Assembly (NCBI RefSeq): GCF_001625305.1
Contig: NW_017802379.1
Span: 4,341,479 to 4,405,478, forward strand
Direction: 5' to 3'
Source of the DNA: Branchiostoma belcheri
Taxonomy: Eukaryota
Length of the DNA: 64,000 nt
Position numbers and translations under genes: made by a program. This document shows positions 54,801 to 64,000 of this stretch, in pieces. The notes under the pieces are model-generated. The model worked only from the letters and a program-made list of their open reading frames with translations, was not told where the DNA came from and did no database searches. Within the stretch, counting starts at the first letter, position 1, and each line of letters begins with the position of its first letter.

Positions 54801-57800
54801 CGGATAAACAAATCCACAGCAAAGCCACCCAAAACAATACTTCCAGGAAAGAAAAAAAAAACAACACAAACAATACAACTTAAGTCTTTTGATATCGAAA
54901 ATACCTGAACAATCTGTGCATTCTGTTGTTGTTTGGTTTCCATGTCTTTTTCTAGCTGTGCCTTGATAGATTCCAGCTCTTTGATTCTTCCTTGCATGGT
55001 TTGAGACTCTTTTTCCTTGTTCTGTTCAAGAAACATTGTGTAGAAAAAGAAATTAGTTGTGTAAAGTAAGGATGTTGTTGAACACATTTTGTACAGGTGT
55101 TACTTAACAGCATTGACCAACTGTCAATAGTCCCAAATTAACATTTTACAAACCTTAGAGAGTTCCACAGCCTCCTGTTGCTTGGACTCCACATTTTTCT
55201 CCAGTTGTTTCTTCACAGTTTCAAGTTCCGACAATGAGCCCTGTAAACTTTCAGTCTCTTTTACTTTTAGCTGTGGACAAGAAAATGTTAGGAAGATAAG
55301 CACTATGATTCAATTAAACAGTAAAAACTTACAGCACATTTGTCAAATCCAGCTGTAACTATACTTCTAGGAAGTGCAGAATCTGATTTATGATAATATA
55401 TGTATCAAAACTTAAGGCATGTACAGCTGACCTCTAGTTTACTGGAGAAGTCCTCCTTAGCCAGCTCCAGGTCCTGGTAAGCCTGGGCCTTCTGGGACTC
55501 CATGTCTGCGATCTTCCTCTGGAGCTTCCCAGACTCCATCTGGTATTGCTGCACAGGAAGTCAGAACACTGGTGTGAGATCTATGGCAACAAGCTATGAT
55601 GATGATGATGGAGTGAGACCATATTATTAAACTTGGCATGCTTATGCCTTGCTCTAGTTGGAACAATCTGGTAGTTTTTTCCAATATTTTTTTAAAAATG
55701 AAATACAGCCATTCACTTTGATGCTAATGTATCAACTTTAGAATTTTATTACTGGAACATGACCACTTGAGTAGCAAAACTCGCAACAGAAGCCTTGATC
55801 ATTTTACACTGGCCTTTTTACTTTCATTCTACTATGAGATTGGACGTTAGATGTTAATCTGACTATATCAGTAGCAATGTTGATGAGAGTTGAACATACT
55901 TGTTCCTTGTCCTCAGATTCCCTCTTGAGCTTCTTGAGTTCTTTTTGCATCTCCCTTTTCTGGGTCTCGGACTCGTTCAGTCTGGTCTGGAGGTCACCTG
56001 ACTCCTTCTGCCCTGCCTGGGGCATCATGGGAACAAATCATGAACATGACCACCCCATACATGTACATCAATACCATGCATCCAACAAATCTATACTTTA
56101 TAAATACAAATGTAAAGGCATAGAAACTTCACCTTCAGTTTTGTGTCCAGGTCACTTCTAGCTTGCTCTAAATCTGACTCCAGATCAGATTTCTCAGCCT
56201 CCAGCTCAGAGATCTGTCTGCTCAGGGCCTCCTGTTGGTCTTGAGCTTTCTAGAATGGAAACATCAGGAAGGGAAAAAATAAGGCCATGTGCTCTACAAA
56301 AATCCAACTGTCTTCAAAGTTGTTATAAAAAAGGCTGTCTTAGATCCTTGTAGGTGGTTGGTTCTGTCACAGCCTGCTTTAAAATCTATGACATATATCT
56401 ATGACATCAAAGTTGCATGACAACCTACAATGAATGTGACCTCACCCTAAAAATACAAATACAAGGTATGAAAAACATAAAATACCATAATCCTTCTTAC
56501 CTCTGCTTTTTCTTCAGAGTCTATCTTGAGTGCCTTGAACTCCTTATGGATCTTGTCCTTGTCCTCCTCCACTTTGGTAAGCTTCTTCTGCAGTTCTGTC
56601 ACCTCTCGTTCTCCTTGCTGTCAACATCATAAACAACATAGTTCCAAATTTCACTTCACTTATTTATGAGTTTTCAATGAAAATTCTTATGATCTCATGC
56701 AGTATGCATATGGTATGTGCATAAAGTATATAAGTTCATAAAGTATATAATGTATTATTACTACAACAGGGCATGTATTATTACTACCACAGGGCAGGAG
56801 ACTCGACAACATTCAGACTTCTGGGTAATCCTTGGCTTCCTGAATTCCCCCATGTCCACATTCCTGCTGGCTCCTGGCCAGATTCTGAGACCTTTCTGTC
56901 ATTCTGCATGTCAATCTTCCCCCCACCCATGTGATATCAACCTAGTCTATCCAGACAAACCCACAGCTAGCCACCCCAAACAATACTTCCATACCTAGCA
57001 GGGTTAGACAAGTCCCATTGCCCACTTGCCCAGGGCAAGTAAAAGTACTGTTCGGGCAAGTAAATATCCCCCTGCACTTGCCCGATTGGGCAAGTAAATT
57101 TTAGGATGCAAAGTATAGCCCCTGCATTATTTCGATCAAATTTTAAACAATTTTGATGAATAAAGCATCCAATAAATAAACTCTTCTATAATAAAATAAT
57201 TTCCTTTCTGCTAGTAAAATGAATAGAAATGTGTCATATTTTGGGCAAGTGAAAAGTTGGTTCGGGCAAGTGAAAATGACCAGGTACTTGCCCGGTAGGG
57301 CAAGTGGATTTTTGAAAACTTGTCCAACCCTGCCTAGAAGTTAAGGTTTCTCACCTTGGTGACCTTGTTTGTTTCAGCTTTGGAAGAGTCCAGATCCTTC
57401 TGAAGTTGGTCTCTCTCTGTTTCTGTCTCAGAGAGTTTCTTCTGAAGTTCTTCTTTCTCTGACTGAGCTTGCTGTAAGAGTGTAAGAAAACATCCACTGA
57501 ATTCATTGTACCACATTTCATTACTGGAAAATGCTTGTATTAAAATGTGAAACAACGAAACAAAATGTATCATTCAAAATTGAGACATGATATACACTAG
57601 AGAGAAAAGCTGCACCAACCTTTGTCTGGTTTTCTGTTTCCTCCTTGAACTCGTCAAACTCCTTCTGAAGATCTTCCTTCTGAGACGTGACAGTTTTGTT
57701 GTTCTTCTGTAGATCAACTATCTCCTGCTGGGCTTGCTAAAGTTCAAAATAACAACATTAACATGTAAGTAAACACTGTGTTATCTGTGACACTTAAATC

Positions 57801-60800
57801 AACTTTGCTATGATGGCAAGATTTTTTAGGCATTTTTGTGCTTTTTATAACACAGCTGAGTCCTTGAGTCATTTTATCTTCAAGTTGACATACCTTAAGT
57901 TTCTGGTCAGTAGTGCCCTTCAAAGCCTCGGTTCCCTTCTGCAACATGTCCTTCTCAGCTTCAAGGTCAGATATTCTCTTCTCAAGGTCAGAGATTTCTG
58001 ACTGGCTTTGCTGTAATGCAAAAAAGTACAACAGTTTAGCAGACTCTTGACATTACATTTAATCTTCTCTCCACTGCATAACCCCATAACAAGTAGAGAA
58101 TTGGTAGCCAAATGTCTACTTCGGTGTGCTAAATCTTTTAAGTAACTGTTTTTAGACTTACACTTTCTTAGACAAATGATTTTAAGATGTTCTAACCTTG
58201 GTTTGGTCTTCAGAAAGGTTCTTAATTCTGTCCAGTTCTGTCTTCAAGTTCTCAATTTCAGCATCTCTGTCAGCAACCTCTCTGGCGGCTGTAGCGGTGG
58301 CCTTTTTCTCCTCCTGTGGGAGAAACAAACACTTGTCATTACTGCACATCTTCATCTTTCTTTTTTTCAGTACAATTTTTCAACATCAAGGTCTTTCCCA
58401 TACCAGATGGTGCATAGGTGCAATGGTGCAATCTCCATTCCAATAGACCTTGGGCCACACAAGTTTGTGCAATCTAGACAGCAGGAGGCTAGTCCAATGG
58501 TATTGGTGTGTGTTCCACTCCCATACTCTTTCACAAGTGCTAAGCAGAGAAAGCAGTAGGTACCATGTTTAATATCTTTCTACCATGTTTAATATCTTTG
58601 ATATGACTCAGTCAGGGATCGAACAATCTACTAAATGCAAGGCAGACACTCCACTCACTTGGTCATTGCACTGGTTCCAATTAGTTAGCATACATGGTAA
58701 GAGATCACGGAAAAGGAAGAAAACCCCAGGTTTTAGACAGGAAAACATGCACTTCAAAGTTTATGATGAAAAATAATTGCAATATCTTACAGCTGACCAC
58801 ATTTGAAGAAGCCAGGAAAAAGTTTTCAAAAAGAAATATGACTAAAATTTAGAAACAACAGAAAATGAATACAGCCTTACCAATAGAGTTGTAGTAGCCT
58901 GAAACATTTGGTCCTCTGCCTCCTTCCTTAAAGTCTCAAAGTCTTCCAGTACTTCCTTCTTCTCTTTCTCCAGGTTAGCAATGCTCTGCAGGTAGTTGTC
59001 AGTCCTTTCTTTCTCAGTCTAAGAGAGGTACAATAGACATGTAGTTGGTGAGGTGTGTGGAACCCTATGTATGGATCTTCATTGTTCTCACTGTATCAAC
59101 TGTTGCTATACATGCAGTTACCACATTCTCTTTACTACTATGTCTGGATTGTATAGTTAGCAAGCAAACAAGCAACATTTTGACATTTTATGATTTAGTA
59201 TAAAAATGGTTCAAGCCATTAATACTCCAAAACATGTTTTGTGGTAAATAAGATGTAGGAAAAATCCTGTTACATATGGCCATGTAAAGAAAATTTTATG
59301 TGAAGATTCAAAAACAGTGACTGCATATAGGTTACATAAGTAACAGTTGGGAGTGATGGAATAAAGCTATATCTCAAGATGTAGACTGATACACATAAAG
59401 TACCTTTTGTGCAACATTTGTGTCTTCTTTCATTGTCTTGATCTCGTTGTTAAGTTTCTCTTTCTCGGTCTCAAGGGCTGTGATCTTGCTTTGGAGTTCC
59501 TGACTGGCTTCTTGATGTTGCTGGAGAATAAACATCAAGCAGGTCAGTAACAGAATGAACATGTTGTAGATCCCAGGTTTTCCTTTCATAAAACAAGAAT
59601 GCTGGGCTGACATCCAATCAGCACCTAGTTATGACAACACCAACCAGCCAATCAGCACCAAGGACAGGTACCAAAGCCATAGCTGAAATGACCCAATCTG
59701 CAAAATGCTGAGGTTGACCAATCAGTACCAAGAACAATGCTACCTTTTTACACCTGGAACATCATTAGCATTGGCCAATAAGCCACATGGTCTTGGAGAA
59801 GAGCAACCAATCAGCGCCAAGGTAAATACTGACCCTGACCATCACTATCGATAGCCGACACAGATGCAACTCATCATAACCTTTGATAAACCATCATGTC
59901 AAACTAATCTTTAAAAAAAGGATTATTTCAAACTTACAAAAATGAGTGAGAAGAAAAGATCGGTACTCTATTCACCTCAGTTTTCTCTTCTGTTTCCTTC
60001 TTGAAGGAGCTAAGCTCCCCCTGGACCTGTTCTTTCTCAGCTTCCACAGCCTGGATCTTCTTCTGGAGGTCAGCATTGGTTTCATCTCTTTTCTGTAACA
60101 GAAAGGCATGTGTTAGAAACTTCAACAGGACTTAAAATACTGATACCTCAGAAATGACATTACTTCACACATGGTCTTGTGTCAACAGATTTTTAAAGTT
60201 TCAAACAGGTAAGGAACAGAAAGACTAACCTTGATCTTGTCGTCAGATTTCTTCTTGGCAGCCTTCATGTCTTCTACGAGCTTCTCTTTGTCTGCCTCTG
60301 CCTTGGTGATCTTCATCTGCAGTTCTTCTCCCTTCAGTTTCTCTTGCTATTCATCAATGCAAAGAAAAACAGTCTATAATTTCATTCCCTTACTTGTGCT
60401 TTTACACAGACATCTAAGAGATAGAACAATATTATGAGTGTCTTCGTTCTTGTTGCTGATAATGTTGAAATAGATATGAGATGAAATCTAACAACAGAAA
60501 AACCTCACCTTCAGGTTTTCCTCCAGTTCTTCTTTAACATTCTCCAGTTCTTTCTGTACTTTTTCCTTTTCAGCCTCCACTTCAGAGATCTTGTTTTGTA
60601 ACTCCCAGGTCTCCTTCTGGCCTTGCTGTTTGATAGAGAGGGCAACAAAATAAGAAAAGTTGCTTCGGATATTTCCTGTTTTAACATACCAACTAATCAA
60701 CTAATATGTAAGAAGAGATCAGCTTTATGTCTATGGTGACAATTGACAAATCAACATCAAGCTACTAGCTAATCAGCAGCAAGGCCATAGCAGAGATCAC

Positions 60801-63800
60801 TCAATTAGCAAAATGTTGAAGTTGACCAATCAGCACCAAGGACAGAACAGTAGTAGCCACTCAGCATCAAGACCATAGCTGAGACCAGACCAGTTAGCAA
60901 CAGAAAAAAGTTGACCAATCAGCACCAAGGACAAGGACAATGTAATTGCTTGCATTGTCCAATCTGCTTCAAGGTTTTGGAAAAGGGCAACCAATAAGCA
61001 CCAAGGTAATTACTGACACTGTCTTACCTCCAGTTTTCCCTCCACCTCTCCCTTCAGCCTCTCCATGGTTTTTTGCAGGTTACTGTTTTCTGTTTCCATC
61101 TCAGCAACTCTCTTCTGTAGCTGGGCACTCTTCTTCTGTTCTAACTGTTCAGAAAGGTAAGAAACAGTTAAAACTCTCCCAGTCATTTACAACTTCCAAA
61201 CTTTTAGAACATCAACTAACTTTTTTTAGACTACCCCTTGCAGGAAAACACAGCAAATGCAGAACACAGAAAATCACCACGCAAGAAAACTAGGCACACT
61301 TACGTCAAGTTTTCCTTCATATTCGCCCTTGAATCTGCCCATGTCCTTGTGGAGGTTCAGGTTTTCTGCTTCAAGTTCTGTTATTTTAGCCTAGAATAAA
61401 AAGTACAAGAATTAGCTTACGTTGGGGGAAGGCAAAATACACCCATCTTGTAGATTCACAACTTTGTATCAAACTTTTTAACCTTCTCACTGCTGAGTAA
61501 CACAACACATAACAGCTACATTAGCATGGTGAAGGTTAATATATGGAAGCATTTTTCCCTACCTGGAGTTGTTCTCCGTCCTGTTTCTCCTGAGACAGTT
61601 TACTCTCCAGCTCCCCTTTAGTGCTGCCCATGTCCTGCTCCAGCCTTTTGTTCTCATTTTCCAGCTCAGCTATTCTCTTCTGGAGCCCCTTGATGTCTTT
61701 CTTAGCTTGCTGCAAAGACAAAGGAGATTTTAGAATACTGCATCTTCTGACATCTTTTGACAAGCCTGTACAGTAAGACTTATAGAACAAGAAATCAGAG
61801 ATTTCAGGAGGTATTTTGGGCAAACTTTGTTGTGACCTTCAAACTCAAAGACACAAACCCATAAGTCATCACTTTTCTATCCAGAAGTAACAAGACCATA
61901 AATGATACATCTAAAGTTTTAACTCACTTCATTTTTCTCCTCATACTCCTTCTTCCTCTCCTCCAGTTGTTGTTGAAGTTTGTTGATGACATCTTCCAGG
62001 TCCTTGGTCTTCAGCTGGAGTTGCTCAGACTCCTTCTGGCCTTTCTGAAAACCCAACCAATCCACTCTATTCAGTCTACATTTTCATTCAGTAACGACAT
62101 TGCCAAAGTGTGGGCCAGAGCAATAAATATGTCTCTGTTTTATTTTGTAAAAGGTCACCACAACTGAAGCTTATGTTCTAGAAACTAGTCAGGCTAGGCC
62201 CTGCTCAAAGACTTCTAAAAGCTTACAAATTGAAAGTCACAAAATATGACAAAGTCACAAAATATGACTATTTTAGGCTTGGGTATGGCAAACTGAGACA
62301 AATAGAATATGTACCTCCAGATTGCCCTCTAGATTACTCTTCATGTTGCTCATCTCTTCCTGCAGCTTGTTTCTGTCAGCCTCCATGTTGGATAGCTTCT
62401 TCTGGAGGTCCTCTTTCTCACGCTGTTCTTGCTATTGTCAGGGATGGAAAAATGCCTTTTAAACATAAATGCATAAATGTCTATGGTGACAACATCAAGG
62501 TGGTAGCCAATCAGCACCAAGGTCAGAGATGACATCATCCAATCTGCAAAATGTTTGGGTTGACCAATCAGCACCAAGGACAAGAACAATGTTACAGCTG
62601 AGGTTTTGCACCTATTCTATTATTCAGTATTTTAAAAAAGTTAAAATTTACAATTTCAAGTATCCCAGATATACAATTCATTCCTTTTTTTGTCATCATT
62701 GCATCTACTGGTCTTTACAGAGAAAACATGACCAACCTCTGACTTGACTTTGAACTCTTCCTTCATGATTTCGATGTCTTTCTCCAGTTTTTGCTTAGCA
62801 GCCTCCAGCTCTGCAATTCTTTTCTGCAGACCACCGCTGTCCTTCAGTTGTTGCTGTTGAAGTAAACAGGTTTCAAATCAAAGTATGTACATATGTAACT
62901 GATAGAAACTTAAACAAAGCCCAAAGCTGAAGAGCATTTGAATGGTTACAAAAGAATCATTATCTGTGTAACAGAACATGTTTTTTGTTTGTTTTTCAAG
63001 GTAATTTCAAGGTGAGATTGTGATATGACTTTTTCTTTTCAATTCACTACTCTTAACTGTATTGCTTGCATATAAATAATTTTTGGTATGAGCCATCAAC
63101 AAACGAATGGCAACACAAGGCTCTTGTTGATTTGATTTAAAAAAAAACCTGTTGCTATTTTCAAATTTACATGATACAATGATGATGATTACATGACACA
63201 TGTTCAAGACTACATAGTGATACACACTTACCTGCACATGCACAATACACCTTTGATATCATGCAAAGTTCTACATCTAATGTACAGAGATGGAAAATCA
63301 AATCACACAGGACAGCAGATTGGGAGATGAAATGGTTTTCTTTATTGGTAAAGTATATGAAATGTTACATGCTGATGATATTTCAACAGCTTACTGCAAA
63401 ACATAACTCACCAGAGCCGTGCAACTACAAATGATGAGAAAAGATGAGGGGTACAGCCATCACAGGAAGAGGAATGTAATGCCATGCAGAGATATTGGCA
63501 GAAAATAATGCACCATGCAGAATGATGATGTATTACAGCAGATGACTTCCCATCATGCATCAGGGAATGACAGAACATGCTCTGAACTGCTCCCATCATG
63601 CAATAGTGACAGAAAGGCACATCAACCAAAAGACAAAAGAACAAACCGCTGTCTTCTCCTGGACTTCTGTCTTGAAGGAGGTCATCTCTTTCTGGAGCTG
63701 TTCGCGCTCAGTCTCCATCTCAGACACCTTGGTCTGAAGCTGTTCTTTTTCCGACCTTTCTTGCTATTAGAAGGAAAATGTTTAAGAAGCTTTAATACAC

Positions 63801-64000
63801 AACCTGAGTATCCTGAAACACAGCGATACACCTTTTCAAAAATGAATTTTGTAGGACGCATGCTGATCCAAAGAATGCACGAAGGTGGCGATTGAATGAC
63901 GATCGTACAACATATTTGATCTGGCTCTTACATGAGTGTCATGCAAATGTCACAATGTCCATTACTAGTTTTTAAAGCCCCAGAACATGGCCATACTGTT
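45833..64000 (-). CDS. CLIP1: CAP-Gly domain-containing linker protein (CLIP-170/restin homolog), 3' portion; the 5' exons with the CAP-Gly domains lie beyond the window edge
   Basis: The C-terminus matches CLIP-170's tandem CCHC zinc knuckles. Exon ~46146-46326 encodes [19 protein letters not shown]...FCDNCE (human: CDICDCFDLHDTEDCP ... [21 protein letters not shown]). The last exon 45833-45880 encodes [14 protein letters not shown] then TAA. Upstream are about 25 phase-0 exons of 117-123 nt, each encoding a ~40-aa heptad-rich unit of the form QQxQxExxELQxKIxxLExEKExLxxEL... Examples are ~59403-59519, 60497-60620, 57893-58015, 54382-54490 and 53029-53150. Further 3' exons are ~47284-47396, 48279-48331, 49384-49425, 50074-50291, 50598-50752, 50940-51057 and 51653-51706. 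Confidence 0.8.
52339..52396. repeat. (CAAA)n/(CAGA)n compound microsatellite
   Basis: Direct read, in a CLIP1 intron. Confidence 0.95.
54660..54880 (+). repeat. Dispersed SINE-like repeat, copy 1 (a ~75% identical copy at 56812-56998)
   Basis: The shared core is CTGGCTyCnGCCA...TTCTGC...TGTCAAnCTTCCCCCACCCATGTG...ACCCACAGCnAGCCACCCnAAACAATACTTCCA. Copy 1 ends in an A-rich tail (GAAAGAAAAAAAAAACAACA). Confidence 0.4.
56812..56998 (+). repeat. Dispersed SINE-like repeat, copy 2, truncated at its 3' end by the MITE-B insertion
   Basis: Homologous to 54660-54850. It ends exactly at the MITE-B target site. Confidence 0.4.
56999..57340. mobile_element. MITE family B (342 bp) in a CLIP1 intron
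   Basis: The 15-bp terminal inverted repeats are CAGGGTTAGACAAGT...ACTTGTCCAACCCTG. It is flanked by a 5-bp direct repeat CCTAG on both sides. The interior has repeated palindromic GGGCAAGT(A/G)AA...ACTTGCCC motifs and is AT-rich in the centre. Confidence 0.6.
59590..59860. repeat. Intronic minisatellite-like array of a ~55-bp unit carrying TTGACCAATCAGCACCAAGGACA (further arrays at ~60740-61010 and ~62480-62600)
   Basis: Two to four degenerate copies per locus, all containing CCAATCAGCACCAAGG. They are found in alternate introns of the CLIP1 exon array and not elsewhere in the window. Confidence 0.5.

Overview
This window is eukaryotic (metazoan) nuclear DNA, not a prokaryotic locus. It contains compact multi-exon genes with GT-AG introns, a LINE retrotransposon, MITEs, a foldback-type element and microsatellites, so I find no prokaryotic-style 'system' here. 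Protein similarities (MVP, GPR89, MRPL18, CLIP-170) and the domain-shuffled protease suggest a non-vertebrate animal, plausibly an invertebrate deuterostome such as a cephalochordate, but this is a low-confidence guess.

Gene content, left to right:
1. Minus strand, 3831-21581: a secreted mosaic trypsin-like serine protease (signal peptide, four LDLa modules, one thrombospondin type-1 repeat, S1 protease domain). Its roughly 10-kb last intron holds an apparently intact CR1/L2-like LINE (ORF 6415-9738, plus strand) and a MITE.
2. Another intron of the same gene holds a 2.4-kb foldback-like element (17121-19558) with ~0.6-0.7-kb inverted arms made of 15-bp tandem subrepeats, and a nested MITE.
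3. Plus strand, ~22.3-25.7 kb: a hypothetical small gene with two alternative N-myristoylated first exons.
4. Minus strand, 26697-35598: major vault protein (MVP), about 18 exons.
5. Minus strand, 39380-41196: mitochondrial ribosomal protein L18 (MRPL18), head-to-head with GPR89.
6. Plus strand, 41713-44359: GPR89 (Golgi pH regulator).
7. Minus strand, 45833 to the window edge: the 3' two-thirds of a CLIP-170 (CAP-Gly linker protein) homolog. Its coiled-coil is encoded by about 25 tandemly duplicated ~40-codon exons.

Exon coordinates inside genes were traced by hand and are approximate (about +/-3 nt). Gene termini are anchored on start and stop codons and are more reliable. The most noteworthy items are a MITE family with 9-bp target-site duplications (three copies), the foldback element with a nested MITE, the apparently intact LINE, the exon-array structure of CLIP1, a candidate in-frame cassette exon in MVP, and 3' intron loss in GPR89.
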